Shown piece after piece: positions 17,499-25,901 of a DNA stretch of 33,870 nt (positions within the stretch are counted from its first letter, which is position 1; each line of letters starts with the position of its first letter). The DNA lies in contig JBNJDT010000014.1 in the NCBI GenBank assembly GCA_051745145.1, positions 1-33,870 on the forward strand. Direction: 5' to 3'. The notes under the pieces are model-generated. The model saw only the letters and a list, made by a program, of their open reading frames with translations, was not told the DNA's origin and searched no databases. The position numbers and the translations under genes were made by a program. Source of the DNA: Elusimicrobiota bacterium (GTDB lineage Bacteria; CG03; SLGR01; JAGXOG01).

Positions 17499-18413
17499 CT
17501 ATACAGGCCTTGTCTTCCACCGGGGATGCATCCATACCCACTGGGTAGGGTGCCTGCGAATAAAATCCTCTATTATTTTGGTAAATTCCTGGGTCTCCTT
17601 TTTTACGTCTTTCCCCGCTTTCCGGGGAGGCTGCAATTTTATAGTATGAGAATAATCTTCTTTTCTATAGATAAATCCGGGTATAACTACCGTATTTCCG
17701 CTCCTGGCAAATTGAGAAACCGCCGTAGGGGTATGAGCTAATCGGCCAAAGAAGTTAACAAAAACCCCCCCTACCTTGGTATCCTGATCTATTAAAACCC
17801 CTAGTATTTCCCCTCTTTTCAAAGCGGACAGCATCCTGCGGGTATTACCCCGCCCCGTCCGGTAAATTGTTTTAACCCCCCGTTTTTTGCGTAAATTTAC
17901 CAGTAAACTATTAAGTCTTTTATCGTATATTTCTCTGGCTATTACATTTAAAGGGTACCCCTTCATCGTAAGATACGCCGCCATGAGCTCCCAATTACCT
18001 GTATGGGCTGTAACATACAAAACTCCTTTTCCCTTCTGAATAGCTTCTCTTAAATATTTTTCATTTTTAATTTCAATTCTTTTAAACCAGTACTCTTTCG
18101 AACGAAAATTCAGCAGGGCAAAGTCCACTAAATTCATTCCTATATTCTTATATGTTTCTATTCTTAAATATCTTATTTGCGAAGGACTTTTGCCGGGAAA
18201 CGCTTTTTTGAGATTACTGTCAACTCTTTCTTTATACGCCGTAGCCAAAAAACAGGTTCCCAGACCTAAAACTTTCCCCACCATCAGACCAACTTTACGC
18301 GGTAAAATTATTATAACCGCTATAAAATCAAGCAAAAAAACTGTCAGCAGTAAATGACGGATCTGTCTTATAGGATCCGACTTATAAAATTTCTTAAATA
18401 TTTTAAAGCTCAA
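17499..18413 (-). CDS. Lipid A late acyltransferase (LpxL/HtrB family)
   Basis: TAHTGNWE, LIDQD, FFGR.A.T and PTQWVWMHPRWKT. Confidence 0.9.
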   Translation of the reverse strand: MSFKIFKKFYKSDPIRQIRHLLLTVFLLDFIAVIIILPRKVGLMVGKVLGLGTCFLATAYKERVDSNLKKAFPGKSPSQIRYLRIETYKNIGMNLVDFALLNFRSKEYWFKRIEIKNEKYLREAIQKGKGVLYVTAHTGNWELMAAYLTMKGYPLNVIAREIYDKRLNSLLVNLRKKRGVKTIYRTGRGNTRRMLSALKRGEILGVLIDQDTKVGGVFVNFFGRLAHTPTAVSQFARSGNTVVIPGFIYRKEDYSHTIKLQPPRKAGKDVKKETQEFTKIIEDFIRRHPTQWVWMHPRWKTRPV

Positions 18414-18946
18414 ATTTCCGTATAGCTGTCAACTATCTTACGCCAGTATCCTTTGGCTTTGAGAACTTTTTCTACTATTTCTCTTACCGCTCCCCGGCCG
18501 CCTGGTTTTCCGGCTATATAATCCACCCTCTCTTTTACTTCGGCAACAGCATCTTCAGGGCAGCAGCTTACTCCGGCCGCCGCCATACACCCCAGGTCCA
18601 CTAAATCATCTCCGATATACAGCGAATTTTCCGGTTTTATATTATATCTGTCACAAATTTTCCGCATAAGGGTTATCTTATTCTTTATGTTTGAATGGGC
18701 CTCAACGACCCCTAATTCTTCAGCTCTTTTCTTTAAATTTTTAGAGAGCCGGCCGGAAATCCAGGCCACTTTTATATCTTCTGTTTTTAAGGATGTAATT
18801 AAATTAACGGCCATTCTGTCTTTGACATTCCACCTTTTTGGAGAAATCCCGTTAATAAAAAAAGCACTCCCGTCGGTTAAAACCCCGTCAACATCCATAA
18901 ACAACATTTCTACTTTTTTAAATTTTTTTCTAATCTTATCCTTCAA
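18410..18946 (-). CDS. kdsC: Kdo-8-phosphate phosphatase (HAD)
   Basis: DVDGVLTDG, ISGR, YIGDDLVD and GGRGAVRE. Confidence 0.92.
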   Translation of the reverse strand: MKDKIRKKFKKVEMLFMDVDGVLTDGSAFFINGISPKRWNVKDRMAVNLITSLKTEDIKVAWISGRLSKNLKKRAEELGVVEAHSNIKNKITLMRKICDRYNIKPENSLYIGDDLVDLGCMAAAGVSCCPEDAVAEVKERVDYIAGKPGGRGAVREIVEKVLKAKGYWRKIVDSYTEI

Positions 18947-18948
18947 TA

Positions 18949-19911
18949 TTAAAGGCCCTCTTTTATTATATCTCTCTCATCAATTATTCCCACCGGTTTC
19001 CGGTCCTCTGATACAACCGGCAAATTATCAAAATTATTATTTTTTAAAATATCCCTGGCTTCTATGGCAAGAGTCTCCATATTAACGGTAGTGGGATCCG
19101 GGCTCATTACCTCTTCGATCTTTTTGGAAAGAATATCGCCGTTTTTCTGCATCTCTCTTCTGAGATCGCCATCCGTAAAATAGCCCACTAATTTTCCGTT
19201 TTTCCCTACAACTGAAGTAGCTCCAATCCGCGTTCTGGTCATTTCCATTAATGCTCTTTGGACTTTATCTTCAGTTTTCACCACCGGATTAACTTCCCTG
19301 TTTCTCAAAATATCTTTTACTTTTAAAAGTAATTTTTTGCCCAGCGTCCCCCCCGGATGAAGGGTAGCAAAATCCTCAGCTTTAAATCCTTTTTCCTCCA
19401 GCAATACAACAGCTAACGCATCTCCTAAAGACAGCATTACGGTTGTGGAAGTTGTCGGAACCAAATTCATAGGACATGCCTCTCCGTCAATATTTAATTC
19501 TATAACCGTATCCGAACTTTTTCCCAGCTGGGAATTTCTATTTCCCGTTATAGCAATTATCGGCACATTCAGACGTTTAACCGCGGGTATTATCCGGGCT
19601 ATCTCTTCAGTGGTACCGCTGTAAGAAAGAATTAATACTAAATCCTTAGAATCAATTACCCCTATATCTCCATGCAGGCTTTCTGCGGCATTTACAAATA
19701 TAGCCGGTGTCCCCGTAGATGATAAAGTAGCGGCCAGTTTTTGTCCTATTAGACCGGATTTGCCCATGCCCATTACCACTACTTTTCCGGTTGTGTTTTT
19801 TATTAATTCTACAGCATCCAGAAAATCCTGTCCAACTGAGCCGGCCATCTTATTTAACGCCCGGCTCTCCTGTTTTAAAACTTGTTTTGCTTTTTTTAAG
19901 TTTTTATTCAT
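18949..19911 (-). CDS. kdsD: Arabinose-5-phosphate isomerase (SIS + 2 CBS)
   Basis: GMGKSG, SSTGTP, HGD, SYSG.T.E, EACP..L.PTTS, HPGGTLG and TDGDLRR. Confidence 0.94.
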   Translation of the reverse strand: MNKNLKKAKQVLKQESRALNKMAGSVGQDFLDAVELIKNTTGKVVVMGMGKSGLIGQKLAATLSSTGTPAIFVNAAESLHGDIGVIDSKDLVLILSYSGTTEEIARIIPAVKRLNVPIIAITGNRNSQLGKSSDTVIELNIDGEACPMNLVPTTSTTVMLSLGDALAVVLLEEKGFKAEDFATLHPGGTLGKKLLLKVKDILRNREVNPVVKTEDKVQRALMEMTRTRIGATSVVGKNGKLVGYFTDGDLRREMQKNGDILSKKIEEVMSPDPTTVNMETLAIEARDILKNNNFDNLPVVSEDRKPVGIIDERDIIKEGL

Positions 19912-20081
19912 ATAAAAATTTTAATTATAAAATACATACCTATAAGAACTATATATATTAAACCCAGTATTTTAAGGCTCCATTTCCAGGACGGCTGCCA
20001 TACCCCGCCCAGAAAAGCCCCGCATCGTTTACAGTATTTTATCCCTTCTTTATTGGGAGCCTTACATTCGGGACACTTCAT
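19908..20081 (-). CDS. Small zinc-ribbon protein with C-terminal transmembrane helix (57 aa; below the ORF-track cutoff)
   Basis: Hand translation: MKCPECKAPNKEGIKYCKRCGAFLGGVWQPSWKWSLKILGLIYIVLIGMYFIIKIFI*. It carries CxxC-x10-CxxC, fills the kdsA-kdsD gap, and its TGA overlaps the kdsD ATG (ATGA). Confidence 0.85.
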   Translation of the reverse strand: MKCPECKAPNKEGIKYCKRCGAFLGGVWQPSWKWSLKILGLIYIVLIGMYFIIKIFI

Positions 20082-20862
20082 TTACCAACTTTTTAAATTG
20101 TTCAAAATTCAACTGGGTTTCCCGGTCGCTTCTGGCTTTTGAAGGCTCGGGATGAACTTCACAGTATATCCCCCGGGCTCCCGCCGCCAGTGCCGCTTTG
20201 ACCATGGGAATTACATATTTTCTATTACCCCCGGTCTCCCGGTCTGCGCCGGCGGGTTTTTGCTGAGAATGCGTCGCATCAAACAATACCAGGAATCCAT
20301 CTTCTCTCATTCTCACTATTCCCCGCATATCTACTATAAGATCACCGTAGCCGAAAAAAGTTCCCCGCTCGGTAAGCAATACCCCGCCGCTGCCCCCCCC
20401 AAGTGCCTTTTCGGCCTGGAACTTCATCGCATCGGGCTGCATAAACTGACCTTTTTTAATATTAACCGGCAGGCCGGTTCGCCCGGCCTCTACAATGAGA
20501 TCCGTCTGCCGGCATAAAAAAGCCGGTATCTGCAGACAGTCCGCCACCTTTCCGGCTTCTTTTATCTGCTGACTGCAGTGGACATCCATTAAAACCGGTA
20601 CATCTAATTTTTTCTTTATCCTTTTAACCAGTTTAAGCCCCTTTTTTAAACCCGGGCCCCGGAAAGAATCGCCGGATGTCCGGTTGGCTTTATCATAAGA
20701 AACCTTTAATACAAATTTAAAATCCTTCTCCACGGATAAATTTTTAAGATATACCGCAGTCTTTTCAAGCATTTTATAATTTTCTATAACGCAGGGTCCG
20801 GCTATAAATAATGGTTTTCCGGTTTCCCCAATTTCTAAATTTCCTATACTTAAATTTTTCAT
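20062..20862 (-). CDS. kdsA: Kdo-8-phosphate synthase (probably metal-dependent)
   Basis: IAGPCVIE, SYDKANRTS, QIPAFLCRQTDL, NIKKGQF, ERG and DATHS. Confidence 0.96.
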   Translation of the reverse strand: MKNLSIGNLEIGETGKPLFIAGPCVIENYKMLEKTAVYLKNLSVEKDFKFVLKVSYDKANRTSGDSFRGPGLKKGLKLVKRIKKKLDVPVLMDVHCSQQIKEAGKVADCLQIPAFLCRQTDLIVEAGRTGLPVNIKKGQFMQPDAMKFQAEKALGGGSGGVLLTERGTFFGYGDLIVDMRGIVRMREDGFLVLFDATHSQQKPAGADRETGGNRKYVIPMVKAALAAGARGIYCEVHPEPSKARSDRETQLNFEQFKKLVNEVSRM

Positions 20863-21578
20863 TTTTTTAATATATATTTTTTTGCCATTTCAACATCTTC
20901 CGGAGTATCTATTCCCATCGAATCCTGTGCACTTTGAAGTAATTTTATGGTTCCCCCGTTTTCTAAATATCTAAGCTGTTCCAGGCTTTCCTTTTTTTCA
21001 AGTTCAGTTTTTTTCATAGAAGTAAAATTAAAAAGGGCATCTTTTTTCCAGACATATATTCCTATATGTCTAAAGTATGTTTTTACATTCCAGGGTATGG
21101 GGCTCCTGGAAAAATAAAGAGCTTCTCCGTTATTATTTAAAACCACTTTTACCACAGATTCCTTCAGGGCTGTTTCTCGATCCACCGGAAAATAAGCTGT
21201 ATAAAGACCGGCGTCTTCTTCTTTAGCCAGATCTATTAACCCGTCTACTGCGCCGGTATCTATAAAAGGCTCATCTCCCTGCAGATTTACCACGATATCA
21301 GCATCATCCAAAAAATGGGAAACAGTATATGCCACTCTATCGGATCCGGATTCTAAATCGTCCGGAGTCAGATAACATTCCCCCCCAAAACTTTCAACTT
21401 CTTTTTTTACTTTTTCTGAATCAGTGGCAACTACCGGATCCGCAGGGATCTTTAAATTCCGGGCATTCTCCCAGACTCTCTGGATTAAACTTTTCCCCGC
21501 TATATCCACCAGGGGTTTTTCCTTTAACCGGGTTGATCCCAGCCGGGCCGGAATTACTGTAACCGTTTTTAAACTCAA
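20859..21578 (-). CDS. kdsB: CMP-Kdo synthetase
   Basis: IPARLGSTRL..KPL, SGSDR, NLQGDEP, ALYFSRSPIP, HIGIY and ESLEQLR.LENG. Confidence 0.96.
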   Translation of the reverse strand: MSLKTVTVIPARLGSTRLKEKPLVDIAGKSLIQRVWENARNLKIPADPVVATDSEKVKKEVESFGGECYLTPDDLESGSDRVAYTVSHFLDDADIVVNLQGDEPFIDTGAVDGLIDLAKEEDAGLYTAYFPVDRETALKESVVKVVLNNNGEALYFSRSPIPWNVKTYFRHIGIYVWKKDALFNFTSMKKTELEKKESLEQLRYLENGGTIKLLQSAQDSMGIDTPEDVEMAKKYILKK

Positions 21579-22558
21579 TCTGTTTCCAACTCCCTTTTTA
21601 ATTCCCCGGGACTAACCGTAGCTGTTCCCAGCTTGCCCACGACCACCGCAGCGGCGTAATTAGCTAATTGGGCCGATTTTACAGGTTCCAGACCGGAAGC
21701 AAGAGCCAGTGTAAAGACACTTGTTACTGTATCCCCGGCTCCGGAAACATCATATACTTCCCTGGCAACTGTGGGAATTACCTCATGCTCTCCGCTTTTT
21801 TTAAAAAGTTCCATACCTTTACTCCCCCGGGTTATCAACACAATATCACAATCCAGTTTCTCAATTAAATTTCTGCCGGCCCGTTTTACGTCTACATCAC
21901 TTTTAAGTACAGTTCCCAGAGCTTCCCCGGCCTCTTTCTGATTGGGGGTTATTGCCGTAACATTTTTATACTCAAAAAAATTACCGACCTGGGGATCAAC
22001 TACCACCGGAATATCTTCTTTTCGGGCATAATCCATTAATCCTTTTATTAAATCTGAAGTTACTACGCCCTTGCCGTAATCCGAAATAATTATTCCCTGG
22101 GGCGAGCTACCGGACTTTTTTAACTTTTTTAAAATTTTATCCGACTCTCTATCGGATATATTTTCTATCTTTTCTTTATCCGCTCGAACTACTTGCTGCT
22201 GTTCGGCTATTATCCGGGTTTTTATACTGGTAAACTTTTTATTATCCCTTAAAACCCCCCTACAATCACTGCCTTCTTTTTCCAGCATATCTATAAGTAG
22301 TCTGCCGTAATGATCGTCCCCCACTACTCCCCCGACAAAAATTTCTGTATTAAAACCGGATAAATTGTTAACTACATTGCCCGCTCCGCCGGGCATAATT
22401 TTTTCATTATTAATTTTTACTACGGGAACCGGTGCTTCGGGAGAGATACGGTTAACATTTCCCCTGATATATTTATCTACCATCAGATCCCCTATAACCA
22501 TCACTCTTTTTTTACTCAGCCGGTCTATGGTTTTTATTAATGGTTTCTTGCCTATCAT
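21575..22558 (-). CDS. rfaE1: D-glycero-beta-D-manno-heptose-7-phosphate kinase (HldA/RfaE domain I, stand-alone)
   Basis: RISPEAPVPV, GGAGNV, SDYGKG, TPNQKE, VYDVSGAGDTV and VVGKLGT. Confidence 0.94.
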   Translation of the reverse strand: MIGKKPLIKTIDRLSKKRVMVIGDLMVDKYIRGNVNRISPEAPVPVVKINNEKIMPGGAGNVVNNLSGFNTEIFVGGVVGDDHYGRLLIDMLEKEGSDCRGVLRDNKKFTSIKTRIIAEQQQVVRADKEKIENISDRESDKILKKLKKSGSSPQGIIISDYGKGVVTSDLIKGLMDYARKEDIPVVVDPQVGNFFEYKNVTAITPNQKEAGEALGTVLKSDVDVKRAGRNLIEKLDCDIVLITRGSKGMELFKKSGEHEVIPTVAREVYDVSGAGDTVTSVFTLALASGLEPVKSAQLANYAAAVVVGKLGTATVSPGELKRELETD

Positions 22559-22622
22559 TCTTTAATTTTCCTCAAATATATAGATTTCTGCTGTCAACAA
22601 TAGTTTAATAAAATATTCTTAA

Positions 22623-22651
22623 ATTATAATTTATATAGAGAATTATTTCAA
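22623..22651 (-). promoter_or_regulatory. Sigma70-type promoter upstream of the rfaE1-kds-lpt-pts gene run
   Basis: Minus strand TTGAAA (22651-22646), 17-nt spacer, TATAAT (22628-22623), inside the 150-nt AT-rich gap. Confidence 0.6.
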
Positions 22652-22708
22652 ATTTTTAACAGCCCGGATTACAGCGGATTTTAAAAAAAATAACATTTGT
22701 GTTTTTCA

Positions 22709-23512
22709 TTACAGATTTTCAGAATAATCAAGCCGCTTAAAGTCATCTTTATACAACCGGGATACTATATCTGCGGTTTTTGAATCATAATATTTTCTTC
22801 TCTTATCCGATGCACCGGTGTAAGTTCCCCCGCGCTTGAGAGATTTATCCTCCAGCGATTTTACCCTGGTGGTGATAAAACTGAAATCTTCTTCAATATT
22901 TTCAAATTTGCCTATAAAATCAAACTCCTCCGGCGGAAGAGACAAAAGAGAGATCTGGGGAGCCAGATGCTTGTCCTTATACAGTCCCCCCTCTTCTAAG
23001 AACCGGCAGAATTCATAAAAAGTTGGTTTTTCTCCGTATTTTTTAAAGAGGCCGGGGACCGGTTTTTTAAATCTCTCCCGGCGGCGCTCGGTAGTTTCCA
23101 TATGATGGAGGTAAGAAGAAAGTATTCTGTCATAGGGGTTGCGGACAAATGCAAATTTAAACAATTTTTCGACTTCTTTTATCTTATCCTTCCCTAACCG
23201 GGAGGGGCGGGTATGATTTTTTTTGTAATCTTCAGCCTCCGGACCCGGACGTAAAGTAGCCATGAGCGCAGAGCTGGCCACCTTGGTAATACGATTAAAC
23301 AAAAATCCTCTCTTAAAATCCACTACTGTCCTCCGGTCACACTGACGGATCCCTAAAGTTAAAGGTCTGGTGAAAGGCGAAAATCTTTTATAAAAGGAAC
23401 TATATTTTTTGCTGTAGTACCGGTAAAAAGGTCGGGTATATATATAGAAAAAATAAGTTACCCCCACTTTGACAAAAGAACCTGTTTTGGCCTTTTTTAA
23501 AATTTTTTTCAT
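22709..23512 (-). CDS. Sulfotransferase family 2 (HNK-1/chondroitin-ST-like) protein
   Basis: RITKVASS (5'-PSB-like), FAFVRNPYDRILSSY (3'-PB), HLAPQ, DFIGKFENIEEDF and Y..DF..LDY. Confidence 0.85.
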   Translation of the reverse strand: MKKILKKAKTGSFVKVGVTYFFYIYTRPFYRYYSKKYSSFYKRFSPFTRPLTLGIRQCDRRTVVDFKRGFLFNRITKVASSALMATLRPGPEAEDYKKNHTRPSRLGKDKIKEVEKLFKFAFVRNPYDRILSSYLHHMETTERRRERFKKPVPGLFKKYGEKPTFYEFCRFLEEGGLYKDKHLAPQISLLSLPPEEFDFIGKFENIEEDFSFITTRVKSLEDKSLKRGGTYTGASDKRRKYYDSKTADIVSRLYKDDFKRLDYSENL

Positions 23513-24360
23513 GAAGAGGGGCTGTAATAATTTTCCATATGTTTGCCGGCAATTTCGTTAAATTCCTTAATCCGCTTTGCTCCCCAGTCCCTCCAGTGGG
23601 GAATCTCATACTCCCGGGTGGCATTTATCTTATTCTCCATCTGGTCCCTTACTAATTTTTCTGTCGAATCTTTATCCATTTCAATATAATCCGCTATCCT
23701 GTGCAGTCCCTTAAAATCATCGTCATTGAAAATTTCTTCGTATTTTACTGTTATAGCGTTATTAATATTTTTTAAAGAGCGGTATATAAAACCGTCCTTC
23801 TTCTGCCATCTCCAGCAAATTTTTTGAAACCTGGACATCTCATCCCATTTTTCATAATACGGATCTTTGGGAAAAAAATCGGCTCTCAGCCGGTAGGTGG
23901 TATCCTGCTTTTTATACCAGGCCCTGCTCATCCCCGAACGCACATAATCCCTCCCGTCCCTTACTATGTGAACGACCCGGGCCCCGGGATAAATATCCTT
24001 TAACGGCTCCAGCATGGAAAACAGCCTGTTATTCGACTCTACATAATGTTCTGATTTTAGCCTTTTTATTTTCTTAAAAAGTGCCTGCCTGTTTCCGGAG
24101 AGAATCTTTTTTAACCGATCCTCTTTCAATTTCCCCCGGGCGAAGTCAATTCCTTCCTTTAAAAAATCCGGTCTCGGTTCGTGGAGGGCATATGTATCAG
24201 AATATTTATTAAAAAACCGGGCCAGAAATTTGGTTCCCGTTCTGCCGGTGGAGACAAGAAAATTTAAATTTATATTTTCTATATTTTCAGTTCCCAAAAG
24301 CCCCAGTTTCATCAACAAATAATCTAACCTGTATTTTAAACCCGAAGGACTGTCAGCCAT
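23509..24360 (-). CDS. P-loop sulfotransferase (Sulfotransfer_1/3-like)
   Basis: STGRTGTKFL, HEP, VHIVRDGRDYVRS and VKYEE. Confidence 0.82.
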   Translation of the reverse strand: MADSPSGLKYRLDYLLMKLGLLGTENIENINLNFLVSTGRTGTKFLARFFNKYSDTYALHEPRPDFLKEGIDFARGKLKEDRLKKILSGNRQALFKKIKRLKSEHYVESNNRLFSMLEPLKDIYPGARVVHIVRDGRDYVRSGMSRAWYKKQDTTYRLRADFFPKDPYYEKWDEMSRFQKICWRWQKKDGFIYRSLKNINNAITVKYEEIFNDDDFKGLHRIADYIEMDKDSTEKLVRDQMENKINATREYEIPHWRDWGAKRIKEFNEIAGKHMENYYSPSS

Positions 24361-24361
24361 T

Positions 24362-25156
24362 TTAGATATATTTCAGTTTTTCCATTAGTTCAACTACTTT
24401 TGGGTTTCCCATTATCTTATCAACTCTTTCCTTATCCTCGGTGGTTTTCCACTTGCCTATGGATTTAGAATGTAATTTTGTGACACCGTCCTCCCAGGCC
24501 TGGTTATCCTGAACATTAGTATGGTTTATCCATTCTTTCATCTGCGGGGGGCATTCTTCGTCCATAAAATCACATATCTTTTTAATTGTTTCCTGATAAT
24601 TAAGTATTAAATTTTCGTATTTAACGGTCATAACCCGGGGATCGTCTTTGTACTTTAACCCCAGATTTACATCAATTATCCACCGGTCTATGGGCACCCA
24701 GTATTTATCCGGCGCATTCGGATGGCGGGACAGTAAAACATCCCTGGCGTCCCGGATTATGTGGATAATCTTAACATCACCATCCAGATAATCTATTGTC
24801 TTCCCTATATGGCGGACATTACGGGGAGATTTCTCGCACCACCGGGTTACCCCCCGGGGGATTTTATGATAGAGCATATACCGGTAAAACCGGTCTATCC
24901 GGGGAACTTCTTTTTCCGTATTCTTTTTTAAACTGACACTGACCGAATTATGCCACTCTATAAACACCCCCAGCTCTTCGGGAATGGCATAAATTTTAGG
25001 ATGGGCCCCCATAATAGAGAGCAACAACGTGGTCCCCGAACGGCCGCAACCCCCTATGAGAACCGGAGTATCGGAAAACTTTTTTTTAACCCGTCTCTTT
25101 CCCAGGGCAATGACCAGGGGGTTTAAAAATAATTTTTTCGAAAAAGATAAAGACAA
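24362..25156 (-). CDS. P-loop sulfotransferase (Sulfotransfer_3, TPST-like motif set)
   Basis: GGCGRSGTTLL...GAHP, WCEKSP, IHIIRDARDVLLS, VKYENL and SIGKWK. Confidence 0.88.
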   Translation of the reverse strand: MSLSFSKKLFLNPLVIALGKRRVKKKFSDTPVLIGGCGRSGTTLLLSIMGAHPKIYAIPEELGVFIEWHNSVSVSLKKNTEKEVPRIDRFYRYMLYHKIPRGVTRWCEKSPRNVRHIGKTIDYLDGDVKIIHIIRDARDVLLSRHPNAPDKYWVPIDRWIIDVNLGLKYKDDPRVMTVKYENLILNYQETIKKICDFMDEECPPQMKEWINHTNVQDNQAWEDGVTKLHSKSIGKWKTTEDKERVDKIMGNPKVVELMEKLKYI

Positions 25157-25166
25157 GGTACCCCCC

Positions 25167-25901
25167 TCAAGACTTTTTCAGTACCGCAGTTATATGACCG
25201 AACGGAACCTTGGCCTTCATTAATACCGGTTTCTTTTGTTCATCCGCGGTGATCCATATTCTGAGCTTTCCCTCCGCCTTAAAAATTCCCCCTTCTTCTA
25301 TTATATGGGGGACAACCAGAAAAGTTTCAAACTTTCCCGCGGGCACTTTGACTGTCTCTTTTTTTACCACTTCCACCTTAAGGGGCCATGTCTTTTTACT
25401 GGTCCCCACGGAAAATTCAAATTCCTTTCCCACGGCCAGTTCTTTAGTCCTTAAATAATAAAGGGAGGAAAGTTCATCCTGGATTCCCTCAACTATTTCA
25501 AACTTTTCTCCGTCTTCATAGGCCACTTCACGTTTATGATCATATATTATAGTAATATCAGCTTTGTAACTGCCTTCCCTCTGTTTTTTTTCATATCTTA
25601 CAGAGTGTAAATTTTCTTTATCGATAAAGGTCTGTATCTCGTCCCTTATTTTATAAAAAGGATCAAAAAAACGGGCGCTCCGGGCCCGGCTTACAACCCT
25701 GTAGGTCTGACGGCCGCCCAGTTCAAATAGATCGTTTACTTCCATAGTTGCCTCGCCGCAGGTTATAAAATTCCATTTTATAGCAAAAGTCAACTTTTCG
25801 CCCACCTCCCACGCACTGACATCCGCCCGGGACGGCAAACTCACGGAAGATAACACTATAACGAAGACCAATACTGTCCTTATTATTTTTTTTCTATGCA
25901 T
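25167..25901 (-). CDS. DUF3108-like exported protein
   Basis: Signal peptide, GEKLTF, D.LS.LY.LR, VPAGKFET and IWITAD...PV; overlaps lpxK. Confidence 0.7.
   Translation of the reverse strand: MHRKKIIRTVLVFVIVLSSVSLPSRADVSAWEVGEKLTFAIKWNFITCGEATMEVNDLFELGGRQTYRVVSRARSARFFDPFYKIRDEIQTFIDKENLHSVRYEKKQREGSYKADITIIYDHKREVAYEDGEKFEIVEGIQDELSSLYYLRTKELAVGKEFEFSVGTSKKTWPLKVEVVKKETVKVPAGKFETFLVVPHIIEEGGIFKAEGKLRIWITADEQKKPVLMKAKVPFGHITAVLKKS

Noticed and set aside
19974..20063. 8-bp inverted repeat AAGGCTCC/GGAGCCTT suggesting an ncRNA between kdsA and kdsD
   Set aside because: The interval is fully explained by the 57-aa zinc-ribbon ORF, and no RNA family motif was recognised.
22592..22597. Perfect TTGACA near the rfaE1 start
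   Set aside because: There is no acceptable -10 hexamer 16-18 nt downstream.
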